From Octopus sinensis (lineage: Eukaryota): a stretch of 64,000 bases of DNA. The translations under genes were made by a program, and so were the position numbers. A model generated the notes under the pieces. It made no database searches. It had not been told where the DNA came from and worked only from the letters and a program-made list of their open reading frames with translations. Positions 23,551 through 41,149 of the stretch are shown one piece after another. Position 1 is the first letter of the stretch. Every line of letters begins with the position of its first letter. The stretch is taken from assembly GCF_006345805.1 (NCBI RefSeq), contig NC_043015.1, positions 21,142,001 to 21,206,000 of the forward strand, in the 5' to 3' direction.

Positions 23551-23950
23551 AGGAGGAGGAGGAGGAGGAGGAGGGAGAGGAAGAATAGAAGATAAAGGAG
23601 AAGAAAAGATGAGGGAGAAGAAGAAAGGATGAGGGAGAATAATAATAATACGAAGAAGAAGAAGAAGAAAAGAAGAAGAAGAAGAAGAAGAAGAAAAGAA
23701 GATGATGAAGAAGAAAAGATGGAGAATGAGAATAAAAGAGATGATGGAGAAGAAGGAGTAGAAGAAGAAAAAGATGGAGAAGGAGAAGAAAGAGAAGAAG
23801 CAAAATATGATGACGATGAAGGAGGAGGAAGAAGGAGGAGAAAACGAAGAAGAAGAAGACGACAAAGAAAATAGAAAAATGAAGAAAAACAAGGAAAAAT
23901 ATACAGAAGAAATGGAATAAAAAATATGTGAATGAAAGGAAGGAAGGGCA
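23551..23950. repeat. Polypurine (GGA/GAA)n low-complexity tract
   Basis: Direct reading. Confidence 0.9.
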
Positions 23951-24668
23951 AATAATAATAATGATATTAATAATAATCCTTTCCATTCTAAGCACAAAGC
24001 CTGTAATTTTGGGGGCGGGTGTCAGTCGATGACGTCACCCCACCATTGCTCAATCAGCAACGAAAGGATGAAAGGTGCAGCCGTCCTCAGCATAAATTGA
24101 ACTCAGAGTGTAAAGCGGGGAGTTGAAAGAAAGAAGACGAAACCTGCTGGTAGTAGAAAGAAAGAAAAGAAAGGAGGAGATGGTGAGTTGGAGGTGAGTC
24201 TGGCCCTCGAAGAAATTTAATGAAAATATACTTCATGCCCTAGATATTAACAAAATCTATTTAGTGTTCGAGATTATGAAAAAGACAGAGGAGAGATTGA
24301 GATCGAAGAAGAGAGAGATGAAGCGGCAACAGCTGTAGCACCACCATCAAAACAACAATAGCAAGAAGAACAACATGAGGAATTATACCGTCTACTTAAC
24401 CGGCAATTATTTACTGATATGAATAATGAAATGCAATGTTGACCTCGTCTTGGTTCGAACTCAGAAGTTACAACGCCGGAGTAATTACTACGGTGTTACG
24501 TTTGTCCGACGCTCTAACAACTTCTGCAGTCGACTATAAAAATATGTGGTCTTGTGCCTCTGATAGAAAGGAAGATTAAAACTTGTTTAATCAGTAGACA
24601 GTGGACATGGTTAAATAATAACTTACATGATACATCGAGCAGATTTGAAATTTTCTAACATGTAATAG

Positions 24669-24670
<2 letters not shown>

Positions 24671-24764
<94 letters not shown>

Positions 24765-24814
24765 GTGAAAGAGAGAAAGAGTGAGCAGGAGGGACATAGG
24801 ATAGGAAAGAAAAG

Positions 24815-24858
<44 letters not shown>
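24671..24858. repeat. (GA)n microsatellites
   Basis: Direct reading. Confidence 0.95.
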
Positions 24859-25459
24859 AGCTGACGTCCTTCTATTTCAAAAGATATTAGAGATATGATA
24901 GTCTGAAATATCTGTTGTCGTGCCAACAAGGTTCTTGGCTCACTGCCCAATGCAAGAGGCAACAACAGTTCAATGGCACAAAGTTTGGTAAACTAACCAT
25001 AAATCTGAGAAGGAAATCTTTGAAATGTCGCTGCTAATATTGATATTTTATCACTGAGAGAGATAATGCTTTTGTTTCATCGATTTTCACATTCATATAT
25101 GTATATATATATATATATATATATAATACTTTCTTTTGTTATTCTTCTGTCTTTTTATATTATTTTATTATTTTTATTATTTGCGAAGGAGGCGGCTGTG
25201 TCGATGGTGGTGGTGGCGTGGGGGTTTCTTTTTTGTTCTTCCACTGTTTGCTTTTGAATTCCATCCACCTACCGCCAGCTCCACCCGAACTCTCACCCTC
25301 TTAGCTTAAAGTTCAATTATAACTCCCCTGATAATGACGAATATTTTATCTCCCCTAACATCCGCACTACAACAGACGAAATAATCATATGTATGAAATT
25401 GAATTAAGTCTTTAAACTAACTACCATCATATATACACAGAGGCATGCCGTTTGTAGTA

Positions 25460-25476
25460 TGTACATATGCATATCA

Positions 25477-25512
<36 letters not shown>

Positions 25513-25538
25513 TATATGCACGTACATATATGCTGCTC

Positions 25539-25592
<54 letters not shown>

Positions 25593-26007
25593 CATACATA
25601 TGGTATACATGGATATATATATATATATATGTATGTATGTATGTACGTTTATATGCATGTATGTATAAACGTATGTATATATGAATATGTATGTACACAT
25701 ATCTATATCTATATATATATATATATATAATATATATATATTTATATGTATATTGACATATTTGTATGCGTATGTGCATATATACATATATCTCACGCTT
25801 GTTCTCTCTATTTCGCTGTGTGTAGTGTGTGAATATATGATATTATATATATATATATATATATTACATATATTATATATGTATGTATGCGTATATATCT
25901 ATATATACATAGGTATATATATATATATGCATATATGTACGTGTATATATATGTATATATGTATATGTTGATATGTATCTATATGTATATATGTATATGT
26001 GCATACA

Positions 26008-26044
<37 letters not shown>

Positions 26045-26180
26045 GTATATGTATGCATATATATACAAATGTATATGTATATACCTGTATATATATATGT
26101 ATATATAGATATTTGTATATGTATATGTGTATATACATATATGCACATACGTATATACATGCACACACACACATATGTAA
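25460..26180. repeat. Compound (TA)n/(CA)n/(TATG)n microsatellite block
   Basis: Direct reading. Confidence 0.95.
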
Positions 26181-26469
26181 ATTTAAATTAAGTACCATCT
26201 CATACACATCCATATATACTCACTTATATACAAGAAGGTTAAATGCACGCACATTCATACACATTTGTACCGCGGACACACAGACGGACATAGCGACATA
26301 CACACACTTATATAGAGAAAAAAGGAGAGCTTCAGAGATGGAAAGAGACAAAGAAAAGCAGAAAGTGAAAGTGAGAGATACATATATATTAGGCGAGAAA
26401 GGAAGGATGATGCTTTAAAACAAGATGCATAATGTTAGTTATAGATTAACTATTAATACGAAAAGCCTG

Positions 26470-26520
<51 letters not shown>

Positions 26521-27070
26521 TACATACACACATACATACAATATATATGTCTGTGTGCGTATATGAATATATATACACATAAATACTGGTAGTCGTTTGG
26601 TAAATTGACTGAAACAAAATAACTTGCTGTACTTGGTTGCACGCGTCTAGGTTCCGGTTTCGAACCCTACCGGTTTTCACTCTACATATGATTAGTGAGC
26701 AACGATGTACTTCTAAGTGAAATACAGAGATCAATACATTCGACTATATCCGCCACCCAGTGAGATTTCTGGTCATCTGCGTATCTAAGGAACTAGCACC
26801 AGCACCACGCACACACACAAACACGCATATGTTTTATCTTTTTCTTTTAAATTTCAATTATAGAATTGTAGCCAAGCTGGCCCAGCACCTTACAGAAACT
26901 TACACCAGTGCGTTTTTTAAAGTCTGGCACTTATTCTATAGGTTTCTTGTTTCGAAAGACTAAGTTACCTTCAAGTAACCAAACCATCCCCAGCTGTCTA
27001 GACGTGTGCTGGAACAGAGGCAGTCACTAAGACAATCACCCATACTTTACATATTAAATATACCTCCACA

Positions 27071-27160
<90 letters not shown>

Positions 27161-27199
27161 TAATAATATAATATTATTATTATTATTATTATTATATTA

Positions 27200-28110
27200 T
27201 TAGCATTAATTGCGATCGATCGTTGCGACCATGTTCATAGATTTGGCATAACATGATAAGCTTTCTCCATACTGGTCAGCTTTTCGCTTGGATTTGCTAT
27301 TTATTATGATCAATTCCTTTCCGCCTCATGTTCCTTATTGCAACATCATTGAATCTCAGTTTAGGTCTTCCATGGCTTCTTTTCCCCCTGCATAGATGGA
27401 ATTAAAGGAGTTGTCTAGGGAATCGGCTGTTATCTATGCTGTGTACTAGACCCAAAGGATGGCAAACCGTAGGATCACTTCATTCGTCGGCATTCGTCGG
27501 CACACCTTACGATCATAGGTCGGCACACCGAAGGAGCTCTTCATTCCCGATCTTGTCAAAGAGAGTAATATTAATAATTAGTCTTAGCTATCTCATCATA
27601 GATGCGTGTACTTGTCTACTTGAATTTTATAAACAGTCCAGGTTTCAACTCCATACAACAAGGAAGAAAGCACTATAATCTGGTTTACCTTACATTTGAC
27701 CAAGTGCAGAAACATGCCTATTCTTCCACAGCCTCTGATGTAGCCTTCCAAATAAAGTACTAACTCTGCTCATTCTTCCTGGTCCAGTCGTGCAATATCT
27801 AGGCTGCTGCCTAGGTATTTGAATACTTTGCACTGGAACAACTTTCCATCTCTAATAGAGATGTATTCCTCTGTTACAGGGACAGGTAAGTTCTCTACAG
27901 GTTGGTAAAGGCATTCAGTTTTTCTGAAGTTGCTCTTTAAGTTGTGCAAACCTAACAAGGTTATATATTAATTTGTGCATAACTTCAGCACTGTAGGCAA
28001 CCAGCGCAATATCATCAACGAACATCTTTCGCACTAGGATCTTCTAGTGCGTGTCTTCGCTTTATATCATGCATCAGTGAATAGACTAGCATCATGAGGC
28101 GTGTGGATGT
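27200..28110 (-). mobile_element. Decayed RTE-clade LINE, 3' part with (AAT)n tail
   Basis: FVDDIALVAYSAE; KTECLYQP..FKYLGS; RGKRSHGRPKLRFNDV; followed on the minus strand by an AAT repeat at 27117-27200. Confidence 0.8.
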
Positions 28111-28133
28111 AAATACACACACTCACACACACA

Positions 28134-28171
<38 letters not shown>

Positions 28172-28244
28172 ACACACTCTGTCCCTCACACACATACACA
28201 CTCATATACATACACACATATATAGTCAATCATTAGAGAAGGCA

Positions 28245-28550
28245 GTGAGACGGTGCGCGATCAGGTGGTGTGTTGCACTAACGATCTTGCGGGAGAAGTT
28301 TCGATTCCCGGGCGGGGGGTAGTGCGTTGTGTTCCTGAACAAAACTCCAGTTCGCTTCCCTCAACAATATCTTCGACATTTTACATGTACCAGAGCATAG
28401 AGACGATGTCGATTTGATGGATTGATGGATTGATGGATGATTGATAGCTGGATTGAGCTCATGTGATCTACAAAACTAATCACTATGAACAAATCGTTAA
28501 GCAGGTTGTTCAGCAAAAAAATTCGGAACGCTCACAAGAGTCCACCATTG
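28245..28550 (+). mobile_element. Diverged tRNA-derived SINE, family E
   Basis: GTTTCGATTCCCGG B box, TGTGTTCCTGAACAA core; body similar to 43800-44062. Confidence 0.55.
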
Positions 28551-29004
28551 AAGGCACCGCCCCTGAATCGTTTTCGGGACATTTGAACCTGTTAGACTGG
28601 TAAGAGGAATTTATCTGCAAACCAGAAACCTGCACGAACGCTTCTAAATTCCCCTTAAGATGTCAAATAGCGGCGTTCAACCGGGCGTCGAATTAGGTCT
28701 ACCACATCATTGAGGGATTTGAAGTCAGAAGGCAAACAGCTGGACCAAGTACCAAAAGTCGCTTAGACCGACTTTATTATACTTTTAGCAATCGAACATC
28801 ATCGATAGGAATGTATTTTTTCGCCCGCGGCGGGATATGGAATTCAAGTACGGAGAATCGAAACATTCTATTCGATGCTCTAACGATTCAACCGATTCAT
28901 ATGTGTGCGTATATACCTATGTATGTGCGTATATAACTATGTATGTATGTATATCCTATATCTATCTGTCCGTCTCTCTATCTATCTATCTATCTTTCAA
29001 GAGT

Positions 29005-29160
29005 ATTATGTCCTTGAGCAAGACTCTTCATTTCACGTTGCTCCAGTCCACTCAGCTGGCAAACCTGAGTAATCCTGCGCATAATGGCCCCACCACCCAT
29101 GGGTAGTATATATGCTAAGGATCAGAGAAACCAGTCTTACGAGCATATGGTTCGATAAGG
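29005..29160 (+). mobile_element. SINE central-domain fragment
   Basis: TGTCCTTGAGCAAGAC..TTTCACGTTGCTCCAGTCCACTCAGCTG shared with 61135-61460. Confidence 0.6.
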
Positions 29161-29759
29161 TCATACACACACATACACATGCATACACACGTATACATAT
29201 ATATACATGTTCATATTCTGTGATTCTACACACACATACTTTCTCACACTTACACACACACACATGTATCTATATTTATACATACACACATTTAGACTTG
29301 TATCTTACATGTTTATATACACAAATATAATAGCGTTGAACGCATATGTATATTAGTGCCATGTACAATCTACACTAATTTTATGGCGTAACCAATATTG
29401 CAAGTAACGTTCATTGGATCGAGTAGTTTATTACTGTCGATCACAGAAAATTGCTTGGATGAAATCTAGAGGTGTGGCTTGTGAACCGTCTTTACTCTCT
29501 ATAAAAATAAATGTGTGTATATATATGTGTGTGTGAATAACTTTTGTTGGGTGTATGTGTGTGTATGGATGTATAGAGCAACTAAAAATACATCTCTAAA
29601 ATAATAAACATTAGATGATAATCGAACGGTTCATTGATTTCTAACCGCTTTTGTAAGTTGGCAAATTTAATAATGCCATAGCAATGAAAACACTGGAGGG
29701 TGGTGGTGGTGGCGGAGGCGGTGGTGCGTGTGAATTATAACTAATCGATATTGATGAGA

Positions 29760-30380
29760 GTGTTTTTATTGGTTTTAGTCTGGATGGAGGGACTAAATGG
29801 GTCCATGGCCTTCGCAGGCACTCCTTGACCGCGAAGTTGGGGTGTGGTTAACATTTACCTTGAACTAAACAGTTTCGAATCGACGTACTGGAGAGGAGAA
29901 ATGATAGGTTCCAAGGATGAAATTCCGTAGATGATGATGTGCAGGTAACGAATAAATGGTCGTAATGGTTAGCGAGGGGTGCCTGAATAATGGTAGAGAT
30001 TCGCAAGATGGATACTGAGATCAGGTGATGCTTGTAAGTGGGAAGAGTCTGAATGGAGGTGGTACAAGATCAGCCATCTTAGAAAAGGGGAGGCCATTGT
30101 GAATAAGCTAGAAGAGACAAGGTGAGAGTCCAGCACATCTGTTGGCCAGCGGTGGCTTGTTTGAATTACAGCATAGAATCGAGTGATCTTTCTTTGGATG
30201 GGAACCCACATGTGTTTATCCACAGAAACATAGATGTACACTACAGTCAATATCAACTAGATTTTATAGTAAGAAACGAGTGGTTGAGAGGTGAAGTATT
30301 TTCGAGTTCTGAAGGGAAAAGAGAGTCTTTATGATTCAGTTCTCTTTCGAAGGGTGAATTCATTAGTGAAGTAGAGGATT
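29760..30380 (-). mobile_element. Decayed L2/Jockey-group LINE 3' end
   Basis: Frameshifted C-terminal pattern (LVPPPFRL..NHYDHLF..WNL..D.KLF) followed by a short 3' UTR and A-rich end. Confidence 0.4.
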
Positions 30381-30497
30381 ATCATTTACAGATATTGAAA
30401 CAATTAAATTTTACGATATTCTTCCGCATCTGTAAGGCTGGAATAATAATTTATTCCCTAATATTATTATTATATGTATACACACAAACACACACAC

Positions 30498-30570
<73 letters not shown>

Positions 30571-30736
30571 GTATATCTATATATATATGTATATCTATAT
30601 ATATATATGTATATATGTGTATATGTTTGTGTGTGGGTGTGTATATATATATATATATATATATACTACACACACACACACAACACACACACAACATATA
30701 ATTATATATATATATATAATATATATATATATATAT

Positions 30737-30772
<36 letters not shown>

Positions 30773-31456
30773 CGTACTTAAATGCTTAAAACTAATTATA
30801 GGTATCTCATGGGACACAATGTAAAATATCTTGTTGCTATTTGATCAAATGAACCAAGATCGCAATATTTATAAACAGTGACGCACCAATAGAATGCACC
30901 AAAGTTTTCGTACATGTTCAATATTCTGGATAACGAAGTTTCTTAGGAGAAAGTGTTTTGCATCGAATCCTACGTGAAATGTGGGAAAAATGGAACGAGG
31001 TTATTGACATTATATAACATCACATAAAACATTTCCCCTACCCGCCAATAGTCATCCATCACACAATTCCAAGGTGCGCCTTTGTCGTTTGTTAGTTATC
31101 CATTACAGCTTTGACACGAAAATACACAGAAGCGGAGACGTTGAACCACATCAGCCAAACAATAAAAGCAAAGTATGGCATATATGTCGTTTGAGGCTCG
31201 GGCATTCAACCTCCTCTAATAACATCGTCTTTTAATAAGTTATTAATGAAGTGAAACTGGCAAATTATTTATAAACAGCAAAGCATATAAAAGAAATTAC
31301 ACTCTGGAGAAATATCTTTCCGGGTGGTACATAATATAATATATAAAAGAATATAATATATATTTTACATAGGAACATATTACCGAGAAAGTGAGAGGGA
31401 AACAGACACATGCATCACACGTATAATGTTAAGTAGATACATAAATATAATAGAAT

Positions 31457-31496
<40 letters not shown>

Positions 31497-31585
31497 AGCC
31501 TATATATATATATATATGTTAGCCTATATATATATATATATATATATATGTTACCCTTATATATATTATATATATATATATATGT

Positions 31586-31622
<37 letters not shown>

Positions 31623-32029
31623 AATATATACACATCCAAACGCACATAGGCACAACTATACATACGCATATAGAGCACTGAATTGTTATTTCTATCAGAA
31701 TAATGCATAAGCGTGAACTAATTATATCTTGTATCCTATATTTCATCTAAATTCCCTTCTTGCAACTCGCGTTTCAAGTTAACGTGATTAAGAGCGCAAT
31801 GTATCTATCTTGTAGCACGAAATGGATTAAATCCTACAGCCCTGTCTATGTACGTCTGGAATTTAAAGGAATCTACCTGCAATACTATCACATAAAGTAT
31901 CTGTATAAAAGTTTGTATGTACTACAACTGATAGGGATCACTGAAAAAAATACAATGTAATAATACAATATATATGAGCTCTAAGCCTCCAAAATAAGCA
32001 TTGTGGCTTGTAGCGCATATATATATACA

Positions 32030-32078
<49 letters not shown>

Positions 32079-32095
32079 ACACACACACACCACAC

Positions 32096-32165
<70 letters not shown>

Positions 32166-32902
32166 ATACAAGTTTTCGAAAATGTGTCTACTCTGCTAAT
32201 CTGGAAGAGACGGGAGGAGGCAGTATTATTCTGCTAAACGCATTGAAACCTTGAAAATCGGCGTGAACATTAGTGTAACATTCCACTTGGAAAATATATT
32301 CGAAAAGGAACATCAATTTATATTTATAATAATCGAACCAATAGGTAAAGCGTCAAGGGAACTCACACGAGATAGAAATGCATCTTGAAAATAGCAAAAA
32401 CAAAAATGGTATCTGACTATCTAACAAAAGCATAAACCACCATTCTGCTATAAAGAAATGTGCAAAGTAGATGCGAGACGAAACTTAAAATGACATCCTG
32501 CCTCAGAATTCTTGAGTAGTTTCACAGTGAATTCATAATTATAGAGGAAAGTGAAGCTAATGAGTACTACAATATAGAGCAGAGAGACAGTAACTATCAA
32601 AACTGGACAAAACATAATCTCAATTCTAAGGTCAAGATTATGGCAAAAGAAAATAAATAAATCAACAAAGCAAACCCTATAGAATGCCAAAAATTTAAAG
32701 AAGCATCTATAAAGAAGAGAAAATGTTAGAAGAATGGTAAACGCATGAGCAGCTGGTTTTTTCAAAGCCAGTCTAACGAAAGGGCGAATGACAGAAAAAA
32801 AACATGGTGCCAAAGGATATAAGAGTTGGTCTTGTTATTAGATTTCTTGTGTGACGAACGGATTAAGAATATCTTTGTCCTTTTAGCTTGTAATTGTTTC
32901 AC

Positions 32903-33150
32903 GCATTGGACTGCCGCCAAGCTGGGGTACAGCATTAAAAGGGTTTTAGGCAAACACTTCCACGCCGGTATATCACTTTCAAAGTTTGGTACTGATTATG
33001 TCTATTTTGTTGAACTGCTAAGTTACGGGGCCGCGAAGAAACCAACAGCGGTAGTCTTGCGATGAAGGCCAGGCACAATCAGATACACATATAGACAAAG
33101 AGCTTCTTTCAGCTATCATATATCAAATTCATTCACAAACTCTTCGTCGG
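32903..33150 (-). mobile_element. SINE family C, diverged copy
   Basis: CATTGGACTGC.GCCA.GCTGG, GAACTGCTAAGTTACGGGG and CTTCTTTCAG blocks colinear with 36994-37361. Confidence 0.65.
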
Positions 33151-33589
33151 AACAGTGATGGAAAAGGACACAACCACACATACACGTACAAACACGCACA
33201 CGTACAGACACGCACAAACACACGCACACATACACTTCCACACTCTCACACACATATACATCGATATATACTATGAGCGCCAAATCGTTTGTCATTTATG
33301 GAATAGTTTCATCATAATTAAGCTAAAATTCAAGTGTTGATTATTAAAATCAGCCCTGATAAAACTCAAGGTAATATCTCATATATTTATCCAGTGTTCG
33401 AACATGTACCACCAGAGCAGTGTCTATTCCCTATCAAAACAAATAGCGATATAGCATTCACATGCTGGCAGGATTCTCTCTCATTTATCTGCGCGAAGTT
33501 GGAACTGTTCTCTGACAGTAACTCTGTATTTTGTATTCAGCACTCTCTTTTCCTCTTTTTGTATGCACATTTTTCGGCTGGAGCATATA

Positions 33590-35770
<2,181 letters not shown>

Positions 35771-36993
35771 GTATATAAATTTTTGTCTCACTACCTCTTT
35801 GTTTCTGTCTCTTTCTTCAAATACACACACACACTTGCATATGTCTGTATATATATATGGATGTATTTGTATATTTTTATACACACTCATATACTCAAAG
35901 CACATCCGTGTGTGTATGTTTCTGTGTGTATTTAAAGACACTTTTATAATCATACAGAATAGAACATTAACCGGATAAATGACTGCCAACTGATGTAATA
36001 TAGACAGTGACTTCGAAGCCTCTTTTAATATAATTAAATATGTGTTAACAGGTTTGAGTATACATTGTATATATCACCATACATATAAACAGACACACAC
36101 ACAAACACACACACATATATATACCCTGTACATATACACACTGAGACTCATACAATGACTCTGTCTTTGTCCATCTCTCTCTCTCTCACACACACACACA
36201 TACAAATGGGTAAAGTTTTGTAATTGTATTCGAAACCCTGTTTGCTCCTAGCAAATAGTCCATGACTTTTCCTGGTTTTTGCCTTGAAACGTGAATGCCT
36301 TGATGATGTTACGTTTTTAAAACATACTATATAGGATATGAGGCGTTTTGGCAGAGCCAATCTGACACCGCCTATTTCGCGTCGCTGATTCGACGTTGAC
36401 TCATTTGACATCAGACTTTTTAATGCATTTCCCTAATCTCTCTGACTTTCTCCGACTCTGTTTATGTATGAACATTTTCTGTTTTATATGTATATGTAAC
36501 GTTTCTCCCTCCTCCATCTCTCCTTAGCTCTCTGTCTAGATATCTATATGTTTATCAAGATATCTATATTTTGGAGCCCATATCTTCAGTGCCAAAAGTT
36601 ACTGTCGCCAAAACAAGTTACATACCCATTTTCAGCTGCGCTACATCTCCTGCGTCTTCAGAGTGCACCTGATTGTCTCAGCTGACACCATATATATAGT
36701 TTTCCTTTTATTTTTATACAAACCACAACAATATGTTATTCTCAACTTAGTATTAAAACCATGTTAGCCACTTTGTTCTCGAATATTTTAGTGTATTTAT
36801 TTCCCCGGGCATTTAGCAGATGAAAATGTAACTGTTTTTCAAATTTCTCTGTTCGTTGAGAAAAGCTTACATGTGCATATATTATACATATATACATTCA
36901 TACACTCAAACATGCACACGCACACACGCACGTGAACATGTATACATAGGAGTATAATATATACATATATATATATACTTTCATCCTTACATT

Positions 36994-37361
36994 TGTTTCA
37001 GTCATTTGACTGCGGCTATGCTGGAGCACCGCCTTTATTCGAAGAAATCGACCCCAGGGCTTATTCTTTGTAAGCCTAGTACTTATTCTACCAGTCTCTC
37101 TGCCGAACCGCTCCGTTACGGATATATAAACGCAGCATCATCGGTTGTGAACCGATGGTGGTGGGACAAATGCAGACACGCAAACATATACATATATATA
37201 TATTTACGACGGATTCTTTCAGTTTCCATCTACCAAATCCACTCACAAGGTATTGATTGGACTGAGGCTACAGTAGAAGACACCTGGCCAAGGTGCCACG
37301 CAATGGGACTGAACCCAGAACCATGTGGTTGGGAAACTCGATTCTTACTATAGAGCCACGA
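36994..37361 (-). mobile_element. SINE family C, near full length
   Basis: tRNA-like head (GGTTCAGTCCC B box), GGCACCTTGG.CA.GTGTCTTC core, internal microsatellite, ACTGAAACAA tail. Confidence 0.85.
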
Positions 37362-38095
37362 CTGAGCCTATATACATACACATGTATCTTATATTATTTG
37401 TACGTATTTACTAATTTCTTTAAATCTGCAGACTTTTGCTTTCGTTTCGTCAAATCGTGTCTCATCTACGGAGGCTTAAATTAGATGGAAAATTATTTTC
37501 CATCAATTGTATTGCAGTTGTGCAGGTCAGGGAGAGAATAGGAAATTAATAAAGCTTTATTGTGTTTCGTTGCACCACGTGGTACTTGATGAACAACACT
37601 CGTTTGTCGACTCTGTGTTAATCTGAAGATACCTGGTTAAATTCATTCTTGTGGATGTCATAGATATCTTCCTGTCTTTACAGATTGAAACCAGTTCTAG
37701 ATGTGTTACAAATGTAGGTGGCTCCATCCTGATATATGAATTTCTGAGACCCCACCCCTCGATCTCGCTAAAGAAATAAATATTTCCTATTTCAAAACGA
37801 ATCTCTCACAACACACCGAACTTTGACTTTTGGAACAACACAGTTTACTATTATTTATGGCACTCTCTTTTTTCTAAATTGTACATCTAAAAATGAAAGT
37901 TTCCATTCCATCTAAGTCGGCATTAATGTAACAATATAATGCCCGTCTTCAGATTTATTAGTGATACTAAGCACATAGAAACAGAAAATATTGGTTTTTA
38001 TTCGATATTTCCCTTCCACCATTTCCCAACGAATAGAGTGGTTTGATACGAAATTTCTACCCACTTCTCTTACCGAGACGAAATTTGAAAGAACT

Positions 38096-38156
<61 letters not shown>

Positions 38157-38162
38157 TATGTA

Positions 38163-38202
<40 letters not shown>

Positions 38203-39029
38203 CAGCCGTGAAGCGATTATACATTGTGACGAGAAATTTCCTATTCAAAAAAACCTATATAATCATCAATCGATAATACACAAACGACTAACGCGATTAT
38301 CGTAACGACTTATTGTTAATTGTTTTGTCAATTGCGATCAAAGCTTCCGGTCAGGCATGATGGGAGCTGGTATTGGGTAAGGGAAGTGAAATGATTGAAT
38401 GAATTGACTATTTACCATGTGCAGTCACGCTCACCCTAGTTCCCTACACTCTTTCAAACTATTAGGATGTGCTACTTACCTGTCAATTATAAATGCGATC
38501 CCTAACCTGTTGGCACCCCTTTCATGAAACACAATGTTTCCAAGGACCCGGCGATCACGCGCATAACAAAATACAATGAATCGCATAATACATAATACAT
38601 AATACACACACACCACACACACACACACATAAACACAAACACACAGACAGACACACACACAGACACACAGGCATACACACTCAGAAACACATATGTGTGT
38701 GTGTATATATATATATACACACGCAGTACACATATGATACATATATAATGCAAAACGACGCTGCAGACTGTGATAGTTAAGAAAGTAGATATAAATGAAA
38801 ATTTTTCCTGCGCTGCGCAGTAGCAAGTGATCCTCAGCCCTGTACTAGTCTAGGGTTTTGTGGTTGAGTATTCCTGATTTATACTGCCATTTTATATTGT
38901 GGTCTCAAATCAACCAATCAACCTTTCTTACACCCTTTCTATTAAAAAGGAACTCCATACACATTATAGCATTTTAAACATTTCTCATTGAAGAGTTAGA
39001 CGATGACTGCTGAGTATATTTTGTGTGGA

Positions 39030-40300
39030 TTTTTCTTGTTAGATTTTTCTTTCTAGCTTTTACTTCATTTTGAACTGCTTTGTTTATATATAATAGATCA
39101 TGCCTTCCTCTAGTCTTCTTCCTGTCACCTTTTTGTTCTTCTGGGAGTAAATTTCGGTTTTGAAGGTGCTCGTAAATGCTTTCTGAAACCATTTCTGTTA
39201 ACAGCTTCCACACTAATGGTGAGCCAGTGATTGGTCTATAGTGGTTATCTGTACTACCCTTGCTATTATATTGTATGGTGTGTCCTCCCTTAATCACCCA
39301 ATTTGGTATTATTTTTCCATTAAGGCAATCCTGAAGTTGTTCTCTCAGTCCCCCATGTAAACTACTAAATTTCTTTAGCCAGTACCATGGCCCTTCCAAT
39401 TCGGCAATTTTCTAGCTTCTTTTGCATTAGGTTTCTCATCTTCAGTACTTCGTTCTCCGCTGTTCTGTGTCGGATAATCTAGTGATACTGATGTATTTTT
39501 TCTGATATCTGGAGAGCCTTATTACTACTGCTATGACACACTGTTTCAGCTCTTCTATTTCTGTCCCAAATCCATTCTTTTTGAATAAGTGTCTTTTCTC
39601 AAGGGAAGATTTGCTTCTTGTGTTTCCTAACTTGTTCAGCTTCCCAGCTTCTATTCTACTTAGGTCTTGTCTTAAAGTCTTCACTTTATTTTGTATTCTT
39701 GTTATCCACATTGGCTCTTTTTAAATCTTTCCCTGTGGGATATCTTATCTTCTAGTCACTACTATTTCTCATACATAGTTAGTGTCTCCTATATTTTTAG
39801 TATCTATCCTACTGATAACAGAACATTCCTAGTCATTTCTAGAAGCTTCCTTCTGTTGGTACCTTTTAATGCTGGCAATCTTTACATTCTGCAACTCATC
39901 TAAAATCGTCTGATCTTCCTCGCTCAAATCATTTAAGTCGCTGCTGCCATTTGTCCCTTCCTAATTGGTAGCGCTATTATTATATTCTCCTTTAGGTTCT
40001 TCTTTGGTTTGAGCTGTAATTCTTATGTTGTGGTTTGCCTTTCCCACTGCCTGGTCTTTCTTCTCCAGTTCTCATGTAATCTCTTCTACTTCCAATTCTG
40101 TCATCCAATTTCTTCTCCCAATAATATTAGCTTGATCAACTAATCTCTGCTCTGTCAATTTAAACATACCCTTCTTTACCCAAAGTGTTAACATCGTTTT
40201 CTATAGCCCCCTTCTTTTAGGTTCACTTTCTAAGTAGCACTGCATCAATATCCTGTTTTCTTCGCTGCTACACTTCTTCCTCCTTGTCTGCTGTTGTATT
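39030..40300 (-). mobile_element. R4/Dong-like non-LTR retrotransposon, N-terminus to early RT, decayed
   Basis: LTEQRLVDQA; PMWITRIQNKVKTLRQDLSRI; YWLKKFSSLH..YRPIT..WKLLT..LLPEEQKG..DLLYINKAV. Confidence 0.85.
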
Positions 40301-41005
40301 AGGATGACAGCTGTGGTCAGTCTGCATCTTTACTGAAACACTTCCGAGCGAGAGGCCTCCCCTTCATGGCCCAGTTTCATTTTCTCTGTTACAAGCACAG
40401 TTTCTTCGGAAACATGTCTCCTATAAACTGAGGCAAGGTAACGTTCGTCACCATGGCCATCACCATCACCATCACCACTTCTATTTTTCGACACCTGAAA
40501 GTTTCAAGCAAGTTTCTATTGCATCAGAGGTTGCACCTTTGTGACGGTTGGGTGTGCTGCATTTTTTGTTGAGTGGGGGATATTGTATTGTATCAATGTT
40601 TTGTTATGGGGTTTGCTTTGAGTCTACTGTCGTATTCGTTTTTTGCATTGTGTGTTGTTTGTGAGGCGCAGGCTGTATTCTGTCGGTTATCGGCCTTCAA
40701 TGGCACGTGAGGGCGTTGTTAATTTTGTTGGGTATTTACGGTATGAGGTTATTCCTGTATGTTTTTGGAGGAGTGTTTCGTAGTTGTGTGTGTAAATCCT
40801 AAATCAACTATTTCATAATATTCATGGTCATCTGTTCACCGTTGTTTCTCTTTTGCTTGGTTTTGTTATGTGTTCGTCTTTACAGCGTTTACTTTTTTAA
40901 CTGAACACCGCCCGTGGACTTATGCTGATATTTCTTTCGTAGTTAAAATTATTAATGATGTATCAGAGAGGGACCGAGAAGAAGCAGCATATATGGCATG
41001 TATAA

Positions 41006-41071
<66 letters not shown>

Positions 41072-41087
41072 TTTATTATTGTTGTTG

Positions 41088-41145
<58 letters not shown>

Positions 41146-41147
41146 CA
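41006..41147. repeat. (ATT)n microsatellite, tail or target of the adjacent Dong-like element
   Basis: Direct reading. Confidence 0.95.
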
Positions 41148-41149
41148 TT

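Noticed and set aside
23424-23997. 160-175 aa F/S/L-rich minus-strand ORFs resembling membrane proteins
   Set aside because: Antisense translation of a GAA/GGA tract
38440-38570. Minus-strand exon ending at CAG|GTAAGT near 38480
   Set aside because: Strong donor alone; no acceptor or recognisable coding frame before microsatellite begins
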